A stretch of DNA of 64,000 bases from Eutreptiella sp. 'Long Island Sound 2002' (lineage: Eukaryota > Protista > Euglenida): contig OZ038378.1 in assembly GCA_964036045.1 (NCBI GenBank), forward strand, positions 164,486,001 to 164,550,000, written 5' to 3'. A program made the translations under genes and the position numbers. This document shows, in pieces, positions 50,501 to 62,500 of this stretch. The number at the start of each line of letters is the position of its first letter. Position 1 is the first letter of the stretch. The notes beneath the pieces are model-generated. The model saw nothing but the letters and a program-made list of their open reading frames with translations, was not told where the DNA came from and made no database searches.

Positions 50501-53500
50501 ACAGCAGCCCACCAAGAGCCTCTGCATGGCACCCACGCTGGGGCACATGACTTCAAAAAGAAGCAGGGATGATCGAGGATGCAAATTGGTGTGAGGAACG
50601 AAACGCACCCTCAGAGCGAGACCCTACCGCACTTATGCACCGCCGGGGGGGGGGGGGGGGGGCAGCGCTGCGCCTGAGGGGGCGGGGGGCGGGGGACTGA
50701 AGGGGGGTCTCAAAAGTGGCGGCTGCAGCAGCTGATGGTGGCCGATGTCGGGGCTTCGGACTTTGGAAAAAGGGACCCGATTCGGGCCCAATAACACTGT
50801 TAGAAGGTCCAAGAAAAGGGGGTAAGAACGAGCTGCGTCCACCGCCCCAACTCAGTAGGATCCGCTCTTTGTGATCTCAGATGGCAGTGCCAGTGCCAGT
50901 GCCGGATGCCAGTGCCAAGTTCGGTGCAAAATGTTCTGACATTCTCGCAAATTTACTGTTTGGCGACAACACCGCTGCTCCCCAGGGACGTTTGGGGGCG
51001 GGGGGGGCGGACCCACAACTACACACCGCCCCTGAAGCGCTCACGCCGCCTCGGGCCATGACGAGGGATGTATTAGAAGGGGGATGTGGGGGTCTGAAAG
51101 GGGGGGAGGGGGGGTTGGCGGGGACCCCCCTCCTCCGAGAGTCCCCCTATGGTCCCCGCCGAAAGCGGGCCTAAAAATTTTTAATTTTTCTAATCTTTTT
51201 TTAAAATGTTAACTTCAATTAAAATTCAAATTTCAAAAAAATTTTAAAAGCGTAAATCCTCTTGGCACCGAAGGCGCCGAAGGAAACTTTCGGCCGTCAA
51301 CCTCAAACCTTGGAAGGGGAGGGAGGGGGGGGTCCAGGGGGGGGTACCCCCCCGCCCCCTCCTCCTGCGGTGTACGGCCGTCCTCTCAGACACCCCTGGT
51401 CATGGCCCCACAGACCTGGCCCTGCCCAAGGGACACGATGTGCAGGCGCTCGCCCATGCCCTTCTCCGAGGCGAAGTTGAGCAGCAGCGCGAAGGGGTCG
51501 GCGCCGGGCGACAGGATGAAGATGATGGGGGTCTGGGCGCTGGCGTCGGCGGTGGAGCCCTCGAGGTCGAAGGGCGGCGGGTCGATGAAGCGGGGGCCCA
51601 GGTCGTACTTGACGAAGTCGGTGACGGAGAAGACGACGTGCGGGGGGCGGCAGCACTTGATCAGGAGGATGCGCTGGAAGTGCGAGAGGCCGTACAGTTT
51701 GCTGCCCACGGTGCCGGGAAGCAGCTGTCGGCGATGGTGGCCATGGCCGAGAACCGCCCCTCCTCCGTCAGCTTGGCGAACATCGCCGCGAACTGGGCCC
51801 GGCGGGGCTTGGCGTCCAGGCCACTTTCTGCAGAGGTGGAGGGGGGGCGGGGGGGGGATGCATTGGAAGGGAAGCGGCCTCACGGGCGGCCCCAGCGGCG
51901 GTTAGGCAGGCGGTTGGAGGAGGTTGCCGAAGCGGTTGGGGGCGGTTACTGTCGGTTACAAATGCCATGGAAGCCGGCACTTGGCGTCAGGGGGACGTAG
52001 CTGGGCATAGACTGGGCGCCCTGCCAAGGGGGGGGGGGGGCAAGGATGTATTAGAAGGGGGGAGGGGGGGGCGGGACGGGGGGTCTGAAGGGGGGGGGGA
52101 CGGGGGGAGGTTTGGCTGGGACCCCCCTCCTCCCAGGGTCCCCCTATGGTCCCCGCCGAGGGCGGGCCAAAAAATTCTCCTGTTGCGCAAACAGCCCATC
52201 TGGGCTGCGGGAGACCCCCCCCCCGCCCCGTCCCCGCGCCCAACTGACCCACCCACCCCGACGCTGCTGTGTCTGGCTCGGAGAGCTGATCGCACGTGCA
52301 CCCGCACTGCGGCCCCCTGCGGCGCGCCAATGCCCCTGCACGTGCGGCGCGGTGGCACGCCGCCAAACACTCGCAAATCTCCTCCCGCTGAAGGACGGTT
52401 CGTCCCAATGCGCCCCCCGGCGGCCTCTGCCCTTCCGAAGACCACTGCCCTGCCTCTGCCTCGGGGTCACTCTCTCCTTCTCGGACGATGCCCTGAGGCC
52501 GCGTCAGTCCGCCGCGTGCGCGCTGGCGCATGCGACAGTGGGTGCCCATACCCTCCGTTGTCTTGGGGCAGCCTCCGGCGGCTCCGGTCCCTCGAGAGGC
52601 CAGAGCGTAGGGGCCACGTGCTCCAGCCACGTCCCCCGCCAGAGCCTTGGCGCAGTCGGAGGGCACCGACGGCGGTCGAACGGGTGTTCCCGAAGAGCGA
52701 GGCCCTGAAGGCCCTCGTCAGTGGGGGAGTGGGGGAGGGACAAGATGGGGCAGGCGTGGAGCGGCCTGGGACGCCTCTTCGATGGCACCCCCGCGTGTGT
52801 GAGAACCAGCGACCCCCCCCGGGGGGGGGGGGGGGGGCGGTGGACAACTTCAGCGTCAGGAAGGCCCATCGGAGGGCCGCCCAGGCCCCCCCTGCGTCAC
52901 CCCCGCCGCGACTTGACTCTCACCCGCCCCCACGTGGCACGACACGACACGACACGACCCGACGCGACCCGACCCGACACGATACGATACGACGCGACGC
53001 GAACGCGACGCGACGCGACACGACCCGACCCGACCCGACCCGACACGATACGACGCGACGCGACGCGACACGATCTGAGATGATGTGACGCGTCGTGACG
53101 TGTCGTGACGTGTCGTGACACGACGCGACGCACCCCCGGCGACGCTCATCGCCGCATCTCTTACCCTCGGGATACCCCCCACGGCCAGCGCCCTTCGGGG
53201 GCTGTTCCCGGGGGCTCCAGCCGAGGGACCAATGGCCAGGACCCTCCGTTGCCTCACGGGCGCCCCGGGCACGCGCCGGGCAGCCCCACCCCCCGGGCCC
53301 CCCTCCCGCCGGAGCGACGCCCGCTGCACTGCCCCACAGCACCTTCCTTCAGCCCCGCCCACACGTCGTCGCCCACTTTCGCCAGCAGGTCATCCTCGTC
53401 GCCCGCGTCCAGGTCCGGCCCGGGCATCGGCAGGTCGTTGGAGTACGCCCGGCGCTCCACCCACTCCTGCCAGATCTTGGGCCGCTCCGTGACGTCTTTG

Positions 53501-56500
53501 CACGTCCCCGCGAACGCGGGCACGGCCCTGAGGAGCGCAATGCACGGGGCATCGGCGGTGTCCAGCGGATGCACTGCAAATCTGCCACAGCACCTGCGGG
53601 GCCTACCAGCGAAGTATTAGTAAAGGGGGGGGGGGTCTGGGGCCCAAAAGTGTGGGCACCTAAAAAGGCCCCATCAGATTGTCCCAACGGTAAATCTTGT
53701 TCTTTCCCACGATGGTCCCTTTGGTCTGGGGGAGGGGGGGGGGGGTACCACCCCCCCCCCTCCTCCTGCGGTGGGCGGCTCTTCTGATACTTCCCCGGGC
53801 CCCACGGTCCCACCAACGGTAACAAGGGGAGGGGTACAATGAAAATGAGGGACCGTCTGCCCTGCGCACGGGCGACAGGCAGAATGATGCCATGCGCCTC
53901 CAATTCGCGAATCTGTGGAGCCAGACCGATATTGGACTCCCGCACGGACGACGACTGCTGCTGTCGCGCGCGCGGGGGGGGGCGGGGGGTGCACGGCAGG
54001 CACGCCCTCCATCCAGCGGCAAAATCAAAGTGTCACAGTCCGTTGTATCCTCAGGCACTAATGCGGCATGTTTCCGGGCAGTGGTACGGGGAAGGGAACG
54101 CCAGCGCGGGGGCACTGCCCAGGCGTCTGCGCACGGGGGCGGGGGGTGTTGCGTTGTCAGGCCACAGACAAGTGGTGCGCGGCTGGGCGGCGGGCGTGGG
54201 CGGATCGGAGGACGGTACCAGACCCGGGGGGGGGGGGGGGGGCGCTGGGGTCGTGCGTGTTGGCGTCCTCGAGGGGTGGGTGGCCCTTGACCTGGGGGCT
54301 GGGGTGGGGGGTGGGGGGTGGGGGTGGGGCCCTCGGCGACGGGGGGGGGGGGGGGGCGGGGATGACTAAATGACGATGACGCAATTCAGGCGGCCGACTG
54401 TGGCCAGTTTTCAATTCAAAAAATTCAGCCGTTAAAGAAAGTGACTGTTGCCGCCCAGCCCCCCCCCCCCCACACACACATACATCTTTGCGTTCAGCAC
54501 CTCCCGCTGATCAATTTGCTGGGCCTTATGACATTTTTTTGGCCACCTCAGAAAAAAATTCAGCGACTTCAGCGCCGAAAGTGACCCTTGACCACAAGAG
54601 GGACAGAGGAGTTTCGTAATACTCATTTCGTCATTTCGGGCCCCTCAGAGCCCCCCCCCCCCCGTCGGGATGCATTGGAAAGGGGGGGGGGGGCTCCCCC
54701 CTCCAGGGCGACCCACCCATGCCCAGCTACGTCTCCCTGACGCCAAATGCCAGGTTCAATGGCATTTGTAACCGACAGTAACCGCCCCCTCAAACCGCTT
54801 TGGCAACCCCTCAAACCGCGTGTCCAACCGCTTCTGGGGCCGCCTCTGGGATCCCCCCCTTCCATTGCATTCCTGCCCCGACCCCCCCCCCCTCTCCCCT
54901 ACCCCAACCAAAATAATTCGGTCCCTGTGATATCCCTCCCTGGTCCCCCGGGTATCCCTCACCACAGAGACACGCCACAGACCACAGGTGTGCCCTGTGC
55001 GGCACGGGGCGCCCTCCCGAAGAGATGCATCGCGTACACCGGCTGCCGCCGGACCGCTCATGCCACGCACACCTCCGGAGTCGTTGGACTTGACACGGCG
55101 TTGGGGCAGTCCCCCTGTACAACTACCGGCCCGTGGGATGCAGGGCCCTTGCAGACCTCCGTGGGACGCACTCCCCTTACCTTGGCGAGATCTGGCCCAG
55201 GGATGTCTTGGAAGAGAGGGGAGGGGGGGGGATCTGGGACGTGGTAGTCGGCCATTCTACTACATCCCCGGATCTGACCGCCGGGATCTTTGGATTTGCT
55301 GATGTGGTGCTCCGCTCCATATCGCTCCGTTGCTGCGTGCAGATCGTGCTTTCAGGGTTGGACAGCCCCGTCCCCCCCCCCCCCCCCCAGGGATGCATTG
55401 GAAGGGAAGGGACCTCACAGGCGGCCCCAGCAGCGGTTAGGCAGGCGGTTGGAGGAGGTTGCCAAAGCGGTTGGGGGGCGGTTACTGTCGGTTACAAATG
55501 CTATTGAGCCTGGCACTTGCCGTCAGGGGGACATCGGCTGGGCATGGGCTGGGCGCCCTGGAGTGGGGGGGGGGGGGTCTCCTCCTTCCAATGCATCCCT
55601 GCCCCCCCCCCCCCCCTCGCAACCGAACACAGGCCAGAGACCACTCCTGCCCTACAGAGGGTCTGCGGGTGGAGGGCATACCGCTCCAGAGCACACAACA
55701 GGCCCCATTTCTTGGGGTCCAACCAGGCGACCGGGCAGTTGGCCTCATCCTCTGCCTTGACCAACACGCCGGCACGCAGCAGGAAGTTCCACTCGGCCTC
55801 GGCAATGGATTTGCACTGCGGCAGACAAACAAAGGCTGCGGACAGGGTTTGGGGCTGGGGGGGGGGGGGCACCATGCAGCCGAATGGAGCCGTGTAGTTA
55901 CCCCCACCCCCCCCCCCCCCCCGCGCCGTGGTCCAAGCAACGGTAAATGACTGAAAATTGGCGGAATCAACGCCCAGTGTTGCTTGGACAAGGCTATTGC
56001 TTACGCGTTGCACTGGGCATGGCACACGCAAAAAGACATGGCGTACTATTCTGAAAGCCAAGGGGCAAAACATGCCACAAAGGCCATCATGCCCCAATCC
56101 GCTTCCTTGACACACAATATGAACATCCTGCATCTCAAAACCCAAGTATCAGGCAGCACACGTAGCACACAATAGGACCACCAAAATCCACGGTGCGAAA
56201 CTTGACGCAACCAACGCCTGGTGCTGCTTGGACATAGTCGTTGCTTGGGCATCGGGGGGGGGGGGGGAGCACAATCAGCGCCCGGTGGCCAGGGCCATGT
56301 CTTTTGTGTGGCCTACGTGGTTGAAAACCTTCGTGGTTCGCGAGAGCCGGGGCGCGAAATCTGCATCGGTGTGGGCCGTCTCACCCTCACTTTCAACGCT
56401 CCGCAGGCTCTCACGACGGTCACCGACCCTCTCATAACCCTCATCCACCCCAACGCCCTCACCAGCCCCCCCATCACCTTCATCAGCCCTCACACAACCC

Positions 56501-59500
56501 GCACCAGCCCTCTCACAATGCTCAACAGCCCTGTGGCTCAGAAGGGTATTGAGTAGCCTGGTGAGGGTTACACGAGGGCTGGTGGCCATTGCGAGAGGGC
56601 TGGTGAGGGTGCCCTCCAACAAGCTTCATCAGCCCTCTCATACCCCGCGCGAGCCCTGTGATAAACCTCGATAGCCCTCATCAACCCTCTCATACCTTCA
56701 TCAACCCCTCATAGCCCTCATCAACCCTCTCATAACCCTCATCAGCCCTCTCATAACCTTCATCAACCCTCTCATAACCTTCATCAACCCTCTCATAACC
56801 CTCATCAACCCTCTCATAGCCCTCATCAACCCTCTCATAACCTTCATCAACCCTCTCATAACCCTCATCAACCCTCTCATAACCTTCATCAACCCTCTCA
56901 TAACCCTCATCAACCCTCTCATAACCTTCATCAACCCTCTCATAGCCCTCATCAACCCTCTCATAACCTTCATCAACCCTCTCATAGCCCTCATCAACCC
57001 TCTCATAACCTTCATCAACCCTCTCATAGCCCTCATCAACCCTCTCATAACCTTCATCAAACCCTCTCATAGCCTCATCAACCCTCTCATAACCTTCATC
57101 AACCCTCTCATAACCCTCATCAGCCCTCTCATAACCTTCATCAACCCTCTCATAGCCCTCATCAACCCTCTCATAACCCTCATCAACCCTCTCATAACCT
57201 TCATCAACCCTCTCATAGCCCTCATCAACCCTCTCATAACCCTCATCAGCCCTCTCATAACCTTCATCAACCCTCTCATAGCCCTCATCAACCTCTCATA
57301 GCCCTCATCAACCCTCTCATAACCCTCATCAACCCTCTCATAACCCTCATCAACCCTCTCATAGCTCTCATCAGCCCTCTCATAACCTTCATCAACCCTC
57401 TCATAGCCCTCATCAACCCTCTCATAGCCCTCATCAACCCTCTCATAACCTTCATCAACCCTCTCATAGCCCTCATCAGCCCTCTCATAGCCTTCATCAA
57501 CCCTCTCATAACCCTCATCAACCCTCTCATAGCCCTCATCAACCCTCTCATAGCCCTCATCAACCCTCTCATAGCCCTCATCAACCCTCTCATAACCATC
57601 ACCAGCCGTCCCAACAGACGGAGCATCGGAATCCAAAGGGCAGCCTGCCGCCCACAGACCTGCCTCAGAATCTGAACGGCGATCAACAGCGAGAAGATGG
57701 ACTTGTCCTTCTTGAACAGTCCGCGACAGATGTTGACGTACACCGCCTCCGTCAAGCGGGCGATCAGCACCTGCAGGTGCTCCTGGAAATTCGCGTGTGA
57801 GGGGCACTGGGCCACCACCTGCCCAAAGAGCTTCTTGAAAGTAGTCCAAAGAGTATTGGTACATGGGGTCAATCAGGGCCAAGTCGGCGATCACGAAGTA
57901 CAAGATCGAAGCCCGCGTGGCCACGGGGGTGTACTCAAGGCGGGCCTGTGGGCAGGGGAGTGCACGGGGCCAGACATGGGACGCAAGCCACGGCGGGCAG
58001 CGGGCAGGCCTCGTTTATGAGGAGGGAGCCTGAGCCTCCACACATGCGAACACCCAAAACAAATCTTGACTCAAAACTTGACTCAGGAAACATCAATTTG
58101 AATACGCGGCCCCCCACGGGACCCACATAGACCCCCCCCCTCCAACTTAATTCTTCATAAACGATGCCTGGCAGCTGGTGCGTATGGGTGCCTTGTATGC
58201 ACGGGTGTGCGTCAAGCCCCTCCACCCCACCCCCCGCGCACGGGTGCGTACCCATGGCACACAACAAACATATTTTCGAGTCCGGTCCGCTTCATCAGAC
58301 ATGGTCGCAGGGGGCCGGGTCCCACCGACTGCAGCGGGTTCCCGCTGAGTTCTGGGGTGAGGGGACCGCGCACTTTGGAGTGGGAAATGGTTCGGGGCCA
58401 ATTCGTAACGAAGCTCCATTTCCCTGCGGGACACGAGGAGCCCCTCGTGTTTGGAGGGTCCTTTGTGGCATCATCACGACTGTGTCGCCCTCCAACAATG
58501 GTTGGCGGTTGGCGGTTGGCGGTTGGCAGTTGGCGGTTGGTGGCGGTTGGCGGTTGCGAGTTGGGGGTTGGTGGTCCCTGGGGGCTGTCCTTAAGGGCTG
58601 TCCTTAACAAGAAAACAATTGGGGTTCTTAAGAGCAGCCCTGGGGGGATAACGGCGAGAAGTTGACAGTTGACCGTCAGCAGATGGCGTTGGCCGCCGCC
58701 GGCGGTCCCGGCCTTTCCATGCCAACAAACCACCCAAAGCCGTCCCTTGTGGACCGCCCTGCACAGACCTCATTGATGGACTGTGACTGGGTCTCGGCGT
58801 CCGCCAGACGCTTGGACAAGAGCTCGGAGGTGCTCTGGGCCTTCTTCAGGGCCTCAATCACCGCCTGATTGTCCAGGATGTTGCCACTGGCAGACTCCAA
58901 GTTGTCCAGAATGCCGTCCTCATACTGTTTGAGCCGCTTCTTGTCACTGGCCACGCTCTGGATGATCTTATTCTTGGTCTCCTCCAACTCCGCCTTCTCG
59001 ATGGCGACTACATCCCCCAGCATCTGCTCCTCCAGCCCTTGCATGGTCACCGTGAAATTGATCAAACTGACCTTGATGCAGATGTCCGGCAGATACTTCG
59101 GGTTTGCAATTTTGGTGGTCAAGTAGAACCTGAGACAATGAAGCAAAGTGTGAATATGTGGCTGTGCATGTGGCTGAGGTTGGGTGTGGGCTGTGGGCTG
59201 GGTGTGGGTGTGGGTCGGGGGTTGGTGTGTGTGTGTGTATGGGCGTGGGTGGGGGTGTGGGGGTGAGGGGCTGGTACTGGAAGAGCCGGTAGTGGTTGGG
59301 ACGTCTTGCACATGGGAAAACGCAAAACGGGTGAGCCCTATTTCCGAGCTCTACCCTATCCTGTGCGCCGTCGCCTGGTGGCTGCCGCCTGCTGGCTATT
59401 AGTGGCTGCCGTTGTGACTGCTGGCGGCCTACACCTGGTGACTGCCGCCTGGCAGTTGTCGCCCGCCGGTTGCTAGCTGCTGGCTGCTGCCTGGTGGCCG

Positions 59501-62500
59501 CCGCCTGCCGGCTGCCGGCCCATGGCTTCCAACTGCAGATTGGTGACTGCTGTCTGGTGGTCTCCGCGCGCCGGCTGCTATCCATTGGCTGCTGCTTTGT
59601 GCCTGGTGGGGGCTACCCAGCGGCTACTGCTTGCTGGCTGCTGGCTGCTGCCTAGTGGCCACTGCCTGCTGCCTCCCGACGGACCTTTTGGATGGGGTAT
59701 GTGGCTTTGCCCAACGCCCCGGCCGACACAGCCTTGCTCGGTTGCGGCTGGGGGGATCACCCCACCAGGGGGGAGGCGTGGCGAAAAGCGTGTGGACTTT
59801 CGAGGTTCGTGGGGATCATGCTGTTGGGCTTGTCGTGGTAGCATCCTTGTCTTGGAATGCCCTGGTGTTGGCTGGGGCGGCGGAGTAAGACCATTCGGGG
59901 TAGAGGGTTTCTGAACGCCAGTGGAGTGCCGTCGGCGCACAGCTGGTTAGGGCAGGGGGGGGGGGGTTTGTTTGGGGACCTTGAGACAATGGGAGGGCCC
60001 TCGAAGTCTCTCTAGCCAAAATTAATTGTTCTGATGGAAGTTGTGGTGGTGTTGTGTGTATTGTACAAATGGGGGGGGGGGGGGGACTTCAACAGGACAA
60101 AAATGACATGGAAAGGAGGGAAAGAGAGGTATGGAGTCTGACTTGTCAGCTACTGCAATGAGGTAAGGTGCGGGCATCACATTGTTTCGGAACCCGTTAC
60201 ATCCTCCCTCCCCCCCTTCATCAGAGGCTGCTCACGGCACCTGCGCAGGTGAGTCTGTGAAACCTGCATTGGAATCTGGGAGAGTAACTTTAGCAGTTGA
60301 CTGAAGAACTGCGCGATTTGGGGCCAATCATACCTCCACTGCTTGGTCCCCCTGGGGATTGAACCTTTGCCCTTTCCCCCGGCGGTGTTGTAAGGACCAG
60401 ACCTGCCACTAGCGGGCAGGGTCCTACTCAGCCACACGCCGGACGCAGCACGTTCCTACTGAGTTCCGGTGGTGCGGGGGGCGGGTATTACTGAGTGGCC
60501 TTGGGTGTGGGGCCGATTGTGACTGAGAACCAGTTTCCCTGCCAGACGCTAGTGGCATGTCTGGTAAGGACCGTTGCATCACCTGGTCTGCAAACCCAGG
60601 TCATGCAACGGCCCCCACAACAGTGACATTGTGAACACTCACATTCGATCCCCCAGATATCAAAGACGAAAATCCCCGCGGCAACTGGAGAGCAGGTTCT
60701 CCCAGAGGACTATTTCCCCCAAACCGGGAACCGGCCTCCGGTTTGGGGGTCAGGCCTGGCGCAGCCTGTGCCGTCCCCATCGTGCCCCCCTGGGCGTGGC
60801 ACAGACGGCTTGGCACATACAACAAATGTCCCAAACTGGTGGACGTGGACGGAGAGGGGGCACACACCACCGGACTGTCTCATGGCACCAAACCCCAAAA
60901 CCAAGATGTTCGGTTTCAGTGCCACATGCCCAGGGATGCACCAGAAGGGAAGGGACCTCAGAGCCCGGGGGGGCGACTACAACCGGTCCTGATGCGACCA
61001 CCCCCCCCCCCCCCCCCGCTATCTGCCAAAACTTGCGCGGGGGGGGGGGGGGGGGGGGGGGGGGAGTTGGGGGCGGGGGGGAGGGTCGGCGGGAGGGGGG
61101 GGGGGGTATTGGCAGCTCGGCAGGGGGGGGGGGCTGCGCGCGACCCGCTACTACCACATGCATGCCTCAAGGGTGTGTGTGTGTGTGTCTGGGGGGCACG
61201 GGGGTATAGAGATAATAGCGATTTCTCGTCTTTGCCAGGAAGAAAGTCTTCAGGGTCTTAAGGACCAAAGGCATAGTACCCCCTTCAACTCAGCATGGGA
61301 CAAAAAATTTGGCGCCGTTGGCGCCACGGCCCCTGCACCGCTATCTTTCAAAACTCGGGGGCGGGGGGGCTGGGGGGTGTCGCATACAAGGACTGGGCCC
61401 GGCCGCCCCCCCCCCCGGGCCTCAGAGGCGGCCCCAGAAGCGGTTAGACAGGCGGTTGGAGGAGGTTGTCAAAGCGGTTGGGGGCGGTCACTGTCGGTTA
61501 CAAATGCCGTTGAGGCTGGCACTTGCCGTCAGGGAGACGGTGGCTGGGCGTAGGCTGGGCGCCCTGGAGGGGGGGGGGGGGGATACCTCCCCGCCTTCCA
61601 ATGCATCCCTGCACGTGCCCCGCACCCTTGCGTCCACGGCAACAATATCACCGGGCTCCACACCGCATAGCGTGCGTGCACCTGCACCGGGGTTTCAACG
61701 GCCACAGTCGCTGTGCCAAGCCCAATGGCAGCGGCGGGGGGCGGTAGGTCTCGCGGACCGCGGGCCTCGCAATCCACGATGGGTTGTCAGCGGGTACTGC
61801 GGGGGTGGCGACGTCAGTCCTTTGTGCGCTCTGCCCCGCTCTCCCCGAGCCCTTCCCCTCTGCTGCGCCCTGCCCCGCTACACGACACGCACCACAGAGG
61901 CCCGTGGCCACTGGCAACGCCTTGACGACCGGCGCACAGCGATCGAGTGCACGGATTGCACGCACCTGAACATTGGGTCGTAGTCGATGGCGTTGCCGGA
62001 CCCCCCGAAGTTGATGAGGGTCCGGCCGTCGGCCACGTACACTTGCTTCAGCAGGATCGGCTCGAGCGCGGGGTCCAGAGTCTCTCCCACGTCCTCCACC
62101 AAAACGGGGGTGCCGTTTCTAATGGCCTGCCAAGACACAAGGGGTGTGTGAGAGGGGGGGGGGCTGTGGCTGTGGACCACCTCAGAGCTCTTAGCAGGAG
62201 GGGGAGGGTGTCGGCAGGGCGGTGGGGTCCCAGCGGGGGGCGGAGGAGGGCCCTTGGGGGGGGGGGGGGGCCATATTCCCCATTCCTCTTTGCAGACAGG
62301 GCCGTCCGTTGAAGCACCAGGAGGGGGGGGGGGGGGCGCTGCTGTTGGAGCACCATCAAAAGGGGAGCAGGTGTGCCAGTTGGTGCCTCTCGTCTCACGC
62401 ACTTTGGGTGTGATGTGTGGGGGCGTGCCTCTCGGGCTGTGGCGGGATGGGAGGGGGGTGGAGCGGGGGGGCTGGGGGGGGGGGGGGAGGTTTGGTGGTG

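Noticed and set aside
51956-55600. Long GC-rich ORFs in the ORF track (e.g. 51967-53088)
   Set aside because: They are Pro/Gly/Arg-rich translations of MITEs, G/C runs and antisense dynein exons.
56690-57600. (DEGYERV)n repeat protein
   Set aside because: It lies within a GT-AG dynein intron; the ORFs are a by-product of a 21-bp unit.
60355-60434. tRNA-derived SINE (A-box TGGCTGAGTAGG and B-box GGTTCAATCCC on the minus strand)
   Set aside because: The A-box lies inside MITE D and the B-box outside it, so the pairing is coincidental.
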